From the NCBI RefSeq assembly GCF_006345805.1, contig NW_021835437.1:9033-73032 (forward strand): DNA of 64,000 nucleotides. Reading direction: 5' to 3'. A program made the position numbers and the translations under genes. The notes under the pieces were generated by a model that was not told where the DNA came from, did no database searches, and worked only from the letters and a program-made list of their open reading frames with translations. Source of the DNA: Octopus sinensis. Its lineage: Eukaryota. Positions 1 through 14,755 of this stretch are shown piece after piece (positions within the stretch are counted from its first letter, which is position 1; the number at the start of each line of letters is the position of its first letter).

Positions 1-842
1 TGTGCGTGTGTGTATAAAATATTTAATTCAGAATCACTTTATTTTATTCACACACATAAGTATCTTCGAGGTCTTAATTCTAAGTGACTGGCCACAGTTT
101 CCTTTGAACTTGTCGACTCATGTGAGTGTGAATGTCTACGTGTATGTGTATATGTGTATGTATGTATGTATGTATGTATGTATGTATGTATGTATGTATG
201 CGTGTGCGCACGTGTGTGTGTGCATTTTTCTATGTATACGGATACATAGATAAATGGATAGATAAATATATACATATACATATATATATATTATATATTA
301 TATATAATATAGTACATGTATATGCGTATATACATATGTATATGTGTGTTTGTGTGCATGTTTGTTTGTGTGTGTTTGTGTGAATGTGTGTGTATATGTG
401 TTGTTTCTACATGTGAGTGGATTTATCATCTTACCTTCTTATTTATTTGTAAACAGATATAAAATATCTACATTTGCCAAGCGCAATAAGTACCGCGATG
501 TTCATCTTATGCTTTCTGCGTAGTTGCGTAGCTATGGAGTCAATCCTTACATATATAAAAAATAATAGTCATTTTATATCTTGTACAACGAAGCTTCACA
601 TCTTGAGATATCAAGCGGTATAAAAATCCTGCATAGATGCAACTGTCACGTACACCTATGTTTACTTTTTCGTTTCCTTGTAACCCAGGACACACCAAGA
701 AACCAAATAACAAATTCATTAACCCGTCTCCTCCCTAATCACACACGTATTTTCCCCCTAATATTTCATTTCCTTGTTGGAACGGATTGAATTATCAGCT
801 ACCTCCAAGAGGATATATATAGTTATATATATATATAGATAT

Positions 843-879
<37 letters not shown>

Positions 880-1394
880 GATAGATAGATAGATAGATAG
901 ATAGATAAAGTTCAATTTGACACTCCACTAGATTGGACGAAAGCGCTGATATATGATATATGATTATATGTATTAAAAAACAACGTAAATACAAATAAAT
1001 ATCTGTAAATATAAAACCATCCGAATTTCTGAGTACCTCATTTCTTCTAATATAAAATACCTGTACATCATCCAAACCTTCAAATATATATATATATATA
1101 TATATAAAGAAAAATAAAAAGATATATATATATATATATATCTTACAGCATGATCTCAGAGCAATCTTATGTTGTTTGCCGCCATAGATATCTGCATGCA
1201 CTCATGTACGGGTATGTGTTCTCTCTCTCACTTCCTCTGAGTATATATACATACATGCAGACGCACACACACACACACACATGCGTACACATCACGCACA
1301 CACACACGCATATCTATATATATGTATGAATGTAAACATGTATATGCATGTGTCTTTATGTATGTAGATAGGAGTTTTATATATATTAGCAGGG

Positions 1395-1555
1395 ACAGTA
1401 TTGCACTAACGATTGCGAGATCTGGGTTTCGATTCCCGGTCCTGACGTTACGTTGTGTTCCTAAGTAATTTCACGTCGCTCTATGATCATTTCGTCATCG
1501 GACATGTGGCACATTTTGCACTACGACAAATAACATCGATTTGATGGGAGGAAAA
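1395..1555 (+). mobile_element. Degenerate tRNA-derived SINE (family C)
   Basis: B-box-like GGGTTTCGATTCCCGG followed by cgttgtgttc..atttcacgtcgctc, similar to copies at 14637 and 42563. Confidence 0.55.
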
Positions 1556-1948
1556 ATTGCCGAACCACCGTACGTCGTCCAACGACGTGAGAGTCCTTCT
1601 TCTACACACCCGAGAGAGCGAATATATCAGATCTCAAATTTTGTCTCCAACCTTGTTGCAGAGAGGCTCCTAACCCTGAAGTAGCGAAAGAAAAGTAAAA
1701 TGTATAAACCATTTTTTCGTATTCTTTCCTATAACTTATAGTCTTTCGGCTTAAAATAAAAAAAACAAATGCTATTTACATTTCTGCAAACACATACACA
1801 CATATGCTCACACAAACACGCACCTACACACACACACACACACATACGCACGAACACACACGCATGACGCAGACAAAAACCCCACATTAATATACATATG
1901 AAGGTAGCTTGGTATTTAGAAAGACAGGTATATAAAAAGATGCACTGA

Positions 1949-1998
<50 letters not shown>

Positions 1999-2015
1999 AT
2001 ATTATATATATATAT

Positions 2016-2052
<37 letters not shown>

Positions 2053-2132
2053 TATATAAAAGTATATAAATATAAAGTATAAATATATCTAACCATGATC
2101 GTATACGTGTATAGTAACAATATACTTATATA

Positions 2133-2240
<108 letters not shown>

Positions 2241-2793
2241 TACATTACTTATATATATATATATGTATGTATGTATGTATGATATATATGCATAATATAT
2301 ATATATATAGATACATACATACATACATACATACATATGTATATGTCACGTTTATACGAACTCATATATCTCAATATCGCATTATATGAGATAGAGCAAG
2401 AACGTATATATGTTTGCGTATATGTACGTGTATAGATTTACCTATCAAAATCCTATTGTTCCTACACAAAAGAATGATGCCTGTCAGTTATAAAAACTCA
2501 TGATCAATCAAATCCTATCTCTGCACTTTACGCATGCGCACTCCGCACTCCATTAGATATCATAAACCGACAAAATAATAAATCTGCTTCTCTGATCTCA
2601 GTTACCCTCCGTTCTAAAAATGTTTATGTTTATGTGTAACATGATTGGATGAAAATAATCTCCTTCTGCATACAGTGCCACTATTGTGCAATGTAGATTG
2701 TTCCGAGTTTTCTGATTTATTCATACCCAGGGATACGGATACGCACATATACGCAGACACCAATTCTATATATAAATATATATATATAAATAC

Positions 2794-2844
<51 letters not shown>

Positions 2845-3197
2845 TGTGTGCTTGTGCATGCTTGTTGTGTTTTTGTGTATATATGTTTGTGTATGTGTAT
2901 ATATATGTATGTGTGTGAATACACACATATAAACGTATATGCATGAAGATATACACACACATACATACATCTTGCATACATACATGAATATATGTATATA
3001 TACATATATACATCTATGCATATTTTATATATATATATATATATTAGTGTATATATATATATATATATATAGATATATATATATATATATACATTCATAT
3101 ATGTATACATAAATACATACACTACATTACATACATACAAACATACCCACATACATATACAAATATATATTTATGTGTATCTTTTTTCTCTTTATAT

Positions 3198-3244
<47 letters not shown>

Positions 3245-3449
3245 ATATATCTATTATATATTATATATATTATGTAATATATATATGCATATATGTGTGT
3301 ATTTACCTTAGATTTATTTTAGTTTCTATCTAAGTTTTTCCGCCTTAATAAGCTTATGCTTATTTTCTGTACCTGAAGTTCTATATTTTTGTCATATATG
3401 TTGTGCGATGTTCTTTTGTGATAAAATGAATGTCTTTGTCTCTTAGGAG

Positions 3450-4450
3450 TAGAGAGAAAGGGAGGAGGGTTCAAAGACAGGAGAAAAGAGATAGAGAGAC
3501 AAATGAAGTTATTTCGTAAACGAAATAGACAAACGAGCGAAATACAGAAATATATGGCTAGATAAGAGAAGAAGGAATTTGGATTGTTAATCTGTTTGTA
3601 GTTTTAGTTGGGTTAATGTGGTATGGTGTGAAACAACCCATAGAGATTTAACGGATCCGAAATAATTTGGTGAATGGAAATTTTACGAAACGTCAGTTTT
3701 AGGCGCAATGACGCTTCGTGTTCCAGTATTCAATTCCACGATGTAAAGTGGATGTGTTGCTAATATATTTTTGATTAGGTCCCAGTCTAAGACAAGTGAT
3801 TAAAATTCATTCAAAACTTTGCCGTCTCATTGTTTTTGTGGGTGTTTTGTATTTTCGTTTTTCACGAATTGTATAGAGGTGTTACATCTAAAAGCATCGT
3901 GAAAATCGACAGACGGCAACATGTGTTTCACAAACATGTTTTTTTAATGATCTTGAGAACATACTTACAAGCCTTCGTAAACAATGAGAGTGCTTCTTGG
4001 TTGCCATATTCAGATGAGATCGTTTATTCGTTTTCACTATTGTTCACCGCGCAGTCTCTAACATTTGTACTGCGAAGAAGTAGACACGAGACCTAAGATT
4101 CCTAGCCTGCGCATAATCAGTCCCCAACTGTATGATGGTGCATACAGTATATGCCACTGCCGCATATACAGTAGATTACTAGTAGGCAAAAAATACACCG
4201 CGATACTGTAATATATTTTTAGATGTTCTAACAATTTTTCGGCGTTTCTCTGGAGAAGCACAAGAAAGTCACTTGAGATCGCGAGATCAAGGCTAAAATG
4301 CCATGAGCTGTGTTACATTGTAAACTAGGACGGTGGTGTCGGGTGTTAGAAGATCCTGCTTGTAAATCAGCGCGAATTTTAATAGGTTCTCGAAAATCAG
4401 TGTCAAGAAAATAGGTGGTGTGTCTGCATAATACGGGATGTGTACGAGAA
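3450..4450 (-). mobile_element. Heavily decayed Penelope-like element (RT/GIY-YIG remnant)
   Basis: Minus-strand fragments LYIVE..., VS*NFHSPNY and MGCFTPYHINP resemble PLE endonuclease motifs (YIG, VAxHFxSPxH, LGTLxPxGIN); many stops and frameshifts. Confidence 0.45.
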
Positions 4451-4714
4451 TAATTCAACATGGAAGGAGTGTAGTGCGTGGGGAATAGTGTGAGAGGGGC
4501 ATTGCGTGTTGGCATAGAGTTATGAGTGATGTGTGATGAGTGACTGGGATTAGAGTATTGTGGTGTGGAGTGAAATAGAGGAATATGGAGGAAAACTGAA
4601 GTGCAATGACAAACAGACACACTGATCGCTTCTGTCTTCCGCAGTCTGACGCTACTACAATCACACTGACATATACCCCACATTAGACAGGTGTACATCT
4701 GCATAAAACTACTG

Positions 4715-5110
4715 TCACCACCACCACCAGCACTACTACCATAAACTCAACCCCTACCAGTATCATATACCACCATCACTATCATTGTCGTCATCACTAA
4801 CATCATAACAAACACCATTATCACCATGTCAACCGCTTTCACTACCACTACTACACCACGCCACCCCGCACCCACTACAGCTACAACTGAACAACCACCA
4901 CCACCGCTATCATCACCACCAATACGACCACAATAACAGCCACCACTGCCATCAACTATCACCACCGCCATCACCACCATCAATACCATCACCACCACCA
5001 CCAACATGCTAACAACTTTTACAGTCAACACAACCAGCTTCAACATCAATTCCACTATTATCACCACCAGGACCACCACCAACGATAACACTATTACCAC
5101 CACCACCACT
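4715..5110. repeat. (CAC/ACC)-rich low-complexity tract
   Basis: Degenerate trinucleotide repeat. Confidence 0.85.
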
Positions 5111-5368
5111 CTGCTTGTGCCATTCCTGTTGCGCTTTCATTCTTGCACAGAACTGTTAAACGCTAATCCAAATGTAATTGGTTCTCTGCAAAACAATAAT
5201 GTAATTGCAGAAAGTAATTTCGGAAAAAGTTTTCCTAATTACGTCAACAGTTCTTAATGAAGTTTTGTAATGACATTGGGACCCTTGTGAGACAATCAAA
5301 TTAATTAGTGAGAGGAAACGTTTCTTTTTCAAATATCTACACATCACCAAATCTACTGAGACTGTATA

Positions 5369-5413
<45 letters not shown>

Positions 5414-5834
5414 TATATATATATAATAGATAGATAATATATACATATTATACATATATATATATGTTTTTTATATATATATATTGTATGTGTGTATGTA
5501 TATATATATACATACATATTTACAGGTATACCATATATATTTATATGTGTGTGTCTATATATGTAATACCATATATATATATGTTTGTATATATGTGTGT
5601 GTATTAGTTGGACATGCATTCACATATGCATGTGCATACATACGTATCAGGAAGGATCCAAGTCCTCATGCATAACATCTATAACAAATTTATGGTATAG
5701 GTGCACGCCTCATGAAACAAACCCTCACACATATGCACATATACACATATACACATATACACATATACACATATACACATATACACATATACACATATGT
5801 ATATTAATATATAGATTTGTATATGTAGACTTAT

Positions 5835-5876
<42 letters not shown>

Positions 5877-7031
5877 CATATTTTTATATATATATTTGCG
5901 TGCGTACATTTATACATACATATATACATACATTCGTGCATACATCAATCATTATATACATATATAGAAACATGCATACACACATACCAACACGCAGCCC
6001 TACATACACACAGAAAGAAACAACCATCTCTTTTGGCCATATTGCGCACTTAGGCCTATGCTAATTATGTAAGTAAACGTATTTCGGAAAGCAATTTTCT
6101 AATTGTGTATTTTGTATATTTATATAAAATTAAGACATGTTCACAATTCAATTTTACTTGCTATTTACTTTACGTAAACTTGTTCATTATTTCTCACTCA
6201 AACTTGGCTATTAATATCTGGTCTATATTGCTTCACACTTTACGGTGAAAATTTACAAACTAGAAATACATTTTCAACACCTTAGTTACTCTCCACATTT
6301 ATCTGATACCTGAATAGAAAGACAGGCACAGTTGTGGGATTCAGAATTTCACTCTCAAATTACTTTAGCTTCGAATTTAGTTCCAGTTCGTGGCACCATG
6401 AGCGCGTCAGGCGTTTGGCTTTGCAACTGGGAACTAAATCATATCTTGATGTCTAGTGAGAGAATTTGGTGGACGCGAAAACATAGGCTATTTTCTTACA
6501 GTGGAAAACATTTGACAAATTCTTTATCAGTTTCAGTTACCATTCATCAGAGAGTCTGCGGAACAATAAAATGAAACTCTGAGGAGTGGCTTAACGGTTA
6601 TATTTTTTCTTCTTTGGCTTTTATGAAAAATCATTTTTCCCCACCTTTTGTCATTCGTGTATCATTCTAATCAAATTGTTTTGCACCTATGACCTCACTT
6701 GTAAATATTATGTGTGTGTTTGTGTGTGTGTGTGTGTATGGGGTCTATTATATACGACTTGACAACAGTGTTTTCTTATTTCTTCTCTAGGCAAAAGATG
6801 CTGGTACAACAACCACCTGACCTATTTCACTTGTTCTTGTACATTTAAAGAATGAACTTCAGTGCGATCGCAGAATATTTTCCTGTGTGCGAGTGTGAGT
6901 GCGAATGTAGGAACTGTTCCTCTCTGTGTGGTGCGTGCATGTGTTTGTGCTTGTTATCTATTTAAAAATATGTGAAGTTTTTTTTTTCCAGCGTATCCGT
7001 TCTATAGAGGCTGAGAATATAAGATGATACG

Positions 7032-7275
7032 GGCGGCGAGCTGGCAGAATCGTTAGCACGCCGGGCGAAATGCTTAGCAATATTTCGTCTGCCGTTACAT
7101 TCAGAGTTCAAATTCCGCCGAGGTTGACTTTGGTGTTCATCCTTTCGGATGATAGCGATGGGATAAGTTCCAGACGTAATTTCAATGTGGCGGTCGGTTC
7201 GATTGGGTCAAACCCTTTAAACTCGTGCTCTAGAATGGCAGGTGTCCCATTTCATAGTTGTGGGGAAATGATATA
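7032..7275 (+). mobile_element. tRNA-derived SINE (family B)
   Basis: GGCGGCGAGCTGGCAGAATCGTTAGCACGCCGGGCGAAATGC...GAGTTCAAATTCCGCCGAGG with A/B-box-like motifs; matches the copy at 43915-44143. Confidence 0.9.
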
Positions 7276-7289
7276 ACAAAAAACTATAA

Positions 7290-7715
7290 GCATCAACCAT
7301 CACCCATTAGTCAGGTACTCTTACTATGCATAGAGCTCAGCTTGCCAACACTTTCCAGTTCCGTCTCTGTTATGATGCCTTCATACAATCAACTAAGCGC
7401 GACACCAACCCATTTTTTGGTGGTCAATTTCTCTCTTCTCTTCAACAATTCCTGTGAGGATGCCCTTAGGCAGTAATATGTGGCGAATTGTATTTCAGCA
7501 GTTGATACCTTTGTAGACTTGCTTCTCAATAAGAAGTGTCTTTGGATTTTTCAGCTGCAAGATTGTTATCCTCTCTTTCCAGCCTATCCTGCCCAATCTA
7601 CGAAAGATTCATATCACATAAGCATCTGTCTCCTTCCCTGTTGTTCTGTATATTGTCCAACTTTCAGCTTCGTACAATATGTGTTATCATGTCTTATGAG
7701 CTGTAGATTTATTTC
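7290..7715 (-). mobile_element. RTE-clade LINE 3' fragment (decayed)
   Basis: Minus-strand ILYEAESWTI...IFRRLGRIGWKERIT...ILTGIVEEKR matches the RTE post-RT pattern LLYGxExWT..RRxLxIxWxDKV. Confidence 0.75.
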
Positions 7716-8240
7716 ATTCTGATAAATGCTATCGGCTTATTAATAAGCCGATAGAAATAAATAACATATGACCATATTGCTTCTGAATAGAAAGTCTTTT
7801 TAACAGACCACACTCCAAGCCGTAATTCGTAATTTCAATATTAAAGCGGGTTTTAAACTCTCAAACATACTTATTTGTAGCAACAGCAGCAGCAACAGCG
7901 ACAAAGGTAAGAAGGAAAAGAATATTAATATAATAAGGAAAATTCACGCACGTAAATAATAATATGATTGCTAAAATGCCTACCAGGTAAGCAAATATTT
8001 AATTAAAACAATTTATCTCAAACGTTGGTCTTTGATTATTTTATATTTTCTGTTCTGCGTCTGGCTTGTATCAACTTTATGTTTTATAGACTGGTAGGCT
8101 TTTCAGAAAATAAGCAAGAAACATAAGAACACACACACACACACATAATATATATATATGAATATACACTTATCCATCATATATAGATTATATTATAACG
8201 ATATACGTACGAATATGTATGTATATATACATACTAGATA

Positions 8241-8287
<47 letters not shown>

Positions 8288-8371
8288 ATATATGATATAC
8301 ATGCATATACATATACATATATATATATAATATATATATTATATATATATATTAATTTATTATATAGAAGG

Positions 8372-8421
8372 AGCTCTACAGGACTAGAACTGTTTCATTC
8401 AAGAGAAATCTTCAGGAAGCT
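8372..8421 (-). ncRNA. Type I hammerhead ribozyme (inverted copy; 1-nt deletion in stem I)
   Basis: AGCTTC-CTGAAGA-TTTCTCTTGAAT-GAAA-CAG ttctagtc CTG-TA-GAGCT on the minus strand. Confidence 0.75.
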
Positions 8422-8936
8422 AGTTAACAAGAATTGTATTGGCATTTATACATTTAGGCAGGTTTAAAGGGGTGTTGGTGGGGGACTTTTTGGGGGTAGG
8501 CATAGCGCAAAATATCATACTTGGGGGAGTGGTCAAGGAGTCAGTGTTAAATTAGATAGAAGAATAAATAAAAAAATAAAAAATATATAAAAATATATAA
8601 AAATATATATAAAAAAGAATAGAGTTTTAGGTAAATAAGGAGATTCTCACTTAACCTATGCACTATGTATACATATATACACACACATACAAACATATAT
8701 ACATATACATACACACATACGTACACACACACATATATACATATATATACACTTACACACACATATACATATCTACACATACACATATATGTATACATAC
8801 ACACACTCACATGCATACACGTATACACACATGTTATATATACACACACGACCACACATACATATACACACAGAAAATGTATGTATGTTGTGCGTATATT
8901 TGTATATGTATGTATGTATATGTATGTGTGTGTATG

Positions 8937-8991
<55 letters not shown>

Positions 8992-9729
8992 GTGGTGTGT
9001 GTGTGTGTGTATGTGTATGTATGTATATGTATATGCGTATGGTATTTTTGTATGTTTATGCATGCGCGTATATATATGTACGTATATGTATACGTGGTGT
9101 GGTGTATGTGTATAAATGTATGTATGTATGGATGTATGGATGTATGTAGTATGTATACGTATGTCTGTGTATGTTTGTATATGTATGTATGTGTATGTGT
9201 GTGTATATGTATATATATATATATGTATATGTGTATAGTATGTATGTCTATATATATATATATTTATTATATATGTATGTATATATATGTGTGAATATGT
9301 ATATATATGTATATTTATATATACATGTATGTATTTGTATGTAGGTGTATATGTATGTGTTGTATTTATATTATGGTGTATATGTATAGACTAGCCTTCT
9401 AAGAGTGTAGACATGAATCTGTAGGTACGCGTACGTATGTGTATATACGTGAATGTATGTAGATGTATGTATGTAGAATATAACGCGTGCGTGCGTGTAT
9501 GTGTATGAGTGTACGAATGAGTGAGTGTACGCTAAAGAGTGTGCGTGAGTAAATGAGTGCTTGTTTTCCAGTAGACAGATAAATGGACTGGCTGTCATAG
9601 CCAAGATGTTTGTGACCAGCGATCAAAGATAACAAAAGTAATATAAATGAAGATATAAAATTAAATTAGGGAATGGGTCTGTATTTGTATGTGTATATAT
9701 TGTGTATGTGTAGGTATGCATAGGTACAC

Positions 9730-9794
<65 letters not shown>

Positions 9795-10387
9795 GATATT
9801 ATTGTGTGTATATGTGTATATATGTGTGTATATTGTGTATATAGGGACTAGTGTGCTGTGTGTGCATATGTGTGTGTGGATAGTGTGTGTATGCGTGTAT
9901 GTGAGTATTGTGTGTATGTGTATATATATTTTTCTGTGTGTATATGTATGTGTGGTCGTGTGTGTTATAATACATTGTGTATACGTGTATGCATGTGAGT
10001 GTGTGTTGTATACATATATGTGTATGTGTAGATATGTATATGTATGTGTAAGTGTATATATATGTATATATGTGTGTGTGTACGTATGTGTGTATGTATA
10101 TGTATATATGTTTGTATGTGTGTGTATATATGTATACATATGTGCATAGGTATAAGTGAGAATCTCCTTATTTACCTAAAACTCTATTCCCTTTTTTATA
10201 TATATTTTTATATATTTTTTAATATATTTTTTAATTTTGTTTATTTATTCTTCTATCTAATTTAACACTGACTCCTTGACCACTCCCAAGTATGATATTT
10301 TGCGCTATGCCTACCCCCAAAAGTCCCCCACCACACTCCCTTTAAACCTGCCTAAATGTATAAATGCCAATACAATTCTTGTTAACT

Positions 10388-10438
10388 AGCTTCCTGAAGA
10401 TTTCTCTTGAATGAAACAGTTCTAGTCCTGTAGAAGCT
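10388..10438 (+). ncRNA. Type I hammerhead ribozyme
   Basis: Stem I AGCTTC/GAAGCT, core CTGAAGA, stem II TTC/GAA with U.U at 10.1/11.1, GAAA, stem III CAG/CTG, GUA triplet (predicted cut after 10432). Confidence 0.85.
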
Positions 10439-10520
10439 CCTTCTATATAATAATTAATTTTACTCTACTATGTATTGAGTACCTTATTTACTGTGGTTAA
10501 CCCCGAATCAACCCGGGACC

Positions 10521-10567
<47 letters not shown>

Positions 10568-11725
10568 TGTGTGGTGTGTGTTGAGCGCATATTCTATGTT
10601 ATTATTATTATTAGTTTTATTATTAAAATCAATATTATTGTTACTAACATCTTTATTAGTATTAATAAGTGGATTGGCTAAATCCATTTTCGATCTCTCT
10701 TAGACAATAAACTTCCATATTTAGTTGAGACAAGCGGTTGCCACCACCAAACGGGTGGTTATATAACAGACCTATAGTTACCCTTGATTACTCAACTATT
10801 ACAAGCTAAGCTGAAATCTTAGCCGTACATATTGCTAATAAATTAACAAAGTTTGCTGAAGTGGATTTAGTAGTAACAGTAATAATGGTAAATGAAATTC
10901 TAGCAATATTATGATAATTGTAATGTTAATGGTACTAATGTTGATAATAATCTTCATAGTAATAATAGCAATGTGAACTAGGGTAATATAACAACACCAT
11001 CGTGGTATATAATAAAGCTTAAATATCCTAGCCGAAAAGGGAAAATACATATATATTAAATGTTTCACTTCTCAGTACAATACCTCATCATCTGATACTG
11101 ACAATAAATGGGATGTGAAATTTTGGGAGGAAAAATTTCTCAATAATAGGCTTAACCGCTTGTGTAATTGTAACAATCAACTAAAATGTCCATCAGATCA
11201 CAAATGCTTAAGAAAAAAACTTAGTTTATAAATGTTCAGTGACAAAAGAGCAATGTACATAACATTATATAGGTTCTTTGTGCATCTCATTTTATGTTAA
11301 GATTATGTCCCATCGTTTAAATGTGGGAAAAAGCAAATAAGACCGCACTTCCCTACGTAAATGATTCTGCAACCTCAAAAAAGTAATAAAAGGACTGTCA
11401 GATACGATAGTAAATGGTGTAAAATAAGATGTGTACTGCTGTATAAAATTCAGAAACTAAAATGTCTCTTATGCTTCGAGGAAACAATTCATATTAAATA
11501 AAAAAATTAATGAATATTAAACTGTACGGATTTATTTACAAACGTCCTTTACAACCTTCCCAAATAACTGGAATATTGATTAATGTACCCTACTATAATA
11601 GGTCTCGGTCCCGTATATTTAGTACATTTAACGTAGGTATTAGTAATGACACTACATTTTATATAACTTAATGTTATGATTAGTATTATTGTTCTTTTCC
11701 ATAATATTATTAATGCTATTGTTGA

Positions 11726-11826
<101 letters not shown>

Positions 11827-13805
11827 TTTCTGTAAATCCTGTAATTACACTGCTAAATGATTTTTTAATTATTCATATATAATTTGAAATTTTTTAAATT
11901 CAATTTTTGTTTTGTAATTCATTTTTCAGCTTTTTTCTTAATTTATCTTAATCATGTTCTAGCCATTTTAATTTTGGAATATTCGTTTTTCAGAGTTAAT
12001 TTTCCTTTTCAAATGCAATATCTAAATGAATAATACTTTGGTTATTTTTCAGAAGAATTATTATTAACTCAAATCTCTCAGCTACTCTTTGGAATTAGTA
12101 CTGATCATATGACATTTGAATATCTTAATTCTAAATACTTTCTCTGTGTATTCGCATTGGTCAATAATAGTTCAAACGGTGGTAGAATTTTGTCATAAAC
12201 ATACTCCAAGATGACGCGTTGAGGAAAATAAGTGACATTTTACAATTTTATCATAATCTGGTAAAATCCCTTCCTACGTAGGCCTGCTGAAATACGTCCA
12301 CCCTAACCCTTATACTGGTCAAGTGCTGTAGGGGTTACTATTATCTGTCTCCCTCAAATGTTCTTCAAACAGAGTAGTATATATTCGATAACGCTAGGAG
12401 ACTTTTAAATTTAGCTGTCTGTAGAATTTTAGTCAATGTATTATGCGAAACTGAATATGCAGGATTACTGCATGGCAGAAGTTTGGAATTTATCAACCTA
12501 TATGAAACGTGTATAAGCTGATTCAATTATATATAATCTCCATTATTTTAAACGACTATGCACTGTGACCTTCTGGCAAATTCATTCGGTGTTTGAATTT
12601 CATATTTCTAAATTGAACACACATATATATGCACGCACAAAATACACACGTGTGTATGTATAGCCATCCATCTACATAAACATATGTATGTATGTATGTA
12701 TGTATGTACGTATGTATGTATGTATGTATGTATGTATGTATGTATGTATGTATATGTATGTATGTATAGCTAACTGTTTACCAAAAGATATCCTGATTCC
12801 TCTCAAATAAAAACTATGTTCCTTTCTTTATCGTCAACTAATGCCAGCTAGTACACCTGCTCGCTTCTCTTTCCATCTTTTGACAGCATATGAACTCAAC
12901 AAAGCACATAGCCGCCATTTCTTCATTATACTGTTTCTTATGAATATTTAATTTCTTTTGTAAACAAATTTACGTGTTTATATTTTAAAGAAATCTTTTT
13001 AATAATTTTGGAAATTGCAAAGCTCTCGATGCTATTCTCATTGTTAACGCTGCATAACCAACCTTAATGGGTAAATTCACATCGGAAAGAAACACCGAAA
13101 ACTTTTTTTGCCATTTTTCATTGCTTTGTTTAATAAGAAAATCAAACTGCCATTCTATTCTTCAAACTAAAATACGATGCTTATATCACGTCTAGTGATT
13201 TTGCTACGTTGGAAACTGTGAAGGGGGTGAGGGTAAACTGAAACCCAAAATGTGTATTCCTGAAAGCTTTAATGAAGGACCATTGGAAAAAATACAATTA
13301 ACTGTTTGTGAGATAAACACGTTGTTAGAATCCGTCCAACTTCATAACAAGCAATACGTCATTGGCCGTGTGAAATATAGAAGTTATTTTTGTCTCACCC
13401 TGAAAACGTGACCCGTTTATATGTAAGACGTTTCACTTAATATACGTAGATAATATAATTGTTTACTTAGAGAGAAATAATATAATTTCACTAATTAAAA
13501 TAAAAATGCTATACTCAAAGCTAAGATATTCTAAGAATATTTGTGAGCAAGTGTGTCTGTATTGATATCAATCAACGCCTTTTAATGCTCATAGCATTTG
13601 AAATTTATGTCAATGGATAAAATAGTCATCTTAGTATATAACCAAAGTATATAAATGTCAATGGGTTGGATGTAAAATTATTATTATAATACACGCACAC
13701 ACATATACACATACACAGACACGCTCACACACGTATACACACACATACACACACTCACATACACATAGACATAAATGCATATAGCTTTTACATATATCAT
13801 ACGTC

Positions 13806-13849
<44 letters not shown>

Positions 13850-14636
13850 ATATATATATATAGTATATATATATATATTATATTATATATTCTGTTCGGA
13901 CAAGAAGTGTATTCGGTCGCCCCAATTACAATTTTGATATTCGTTTCCTTGGCACTCGTGCATTCTTTTCAAAGCAAGCCTAGAACTAAACGCAATAGAC
14001 AAATGGATGGACATGTCTGGAAATTGAATTCTATTTAGTTCCAATGTTGGTCACACATATAGAGATATAAGTAAATACATACATTTATAATATTTACATT
14101 ACAAAATGATATGAGATCTTGACGTACCTACATGCGGTATGAGAGAGAGAGAGAGACATCAACGTTCAGGCAAAAATGGAATATTTTGCAATGTCTGTAA
14201 CCGCATTTTCTATACAAATATTATATATATATACAGATGAAAGTTAAATAGCTATATTTTGTGGCTAGTCTATATTATCTTGTGTTTGTTTTAGTGTTGT
14301 GTAGTAATACCAACATTTCATCCATTATATGTTGCCTAGATCACTGTAGGTCACTATTTAGATTGTATCCGTTATATACAATAGCTTTTTTCCGGTTTTT
14401 GTATTTGTTATCTGTAGTAGAGCTGTGAGATTTTGTGTAGAAGCGGCGAGATCTTGCAAGGGATTATTGTATTGCTTTTCTAACAGTTGAAGTCGTGCTG
14501 TTTGCGACACACATATTCTTAAATCAAATTTGCAAGTCACATCCTCTTACTACAATTTTGGAAACAATCCTGTCGATTTTTACCTATTTATTGAAAATAT
14601 AGTTTTAAATATCTCATTGCATATAAGTGCTTTTGT

Positions 14637-14755
14637 GAAGGCATGTGGTGTTATGGCTAGCACGGTGTTAAGCCCAAGATCACAAGGTCATGGTTTCAAT
14701 TTTCAGATCGGATGAGTAAATCGATTCATTTCACGTTTTTCTAGTCCGCTGAGAT
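14637..14755 (+). mobile_element. Degenerate SINE family C head
   Basis: gaaggcatgtgg...ggtttcaattttc...ttcatttcacgtt, similar to 42563. Confidence 0.5.

Larger units (their letters stand above)
8351..10522. mobile_element. Non-coding PLE-like element with ~525 bp inverted arms (8351-8878 / 9927-10458), each ending in a hammerhead
   Basis: Arms are reverse complements apart from small indels; both outer ends abut (TA)n. Confidence 0.75.

Noticed and set aside
3665-3700. Plus-strand gaaacgtcag hammerhead-like motif
   Set aside because: No CUGANGA; it lies antisense within the decayed PLE coding remnant.
6515-6556. Minus-strand CTGATGA...GAAA motif
   Set aside because: Stems I-III do not pair convincingly.
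7032-7110. tRNA genes at SINE heads
   Set aside because: A/B-box-like motifs are present but no full cloverleaf is evident, and each head continues into a SINE body.
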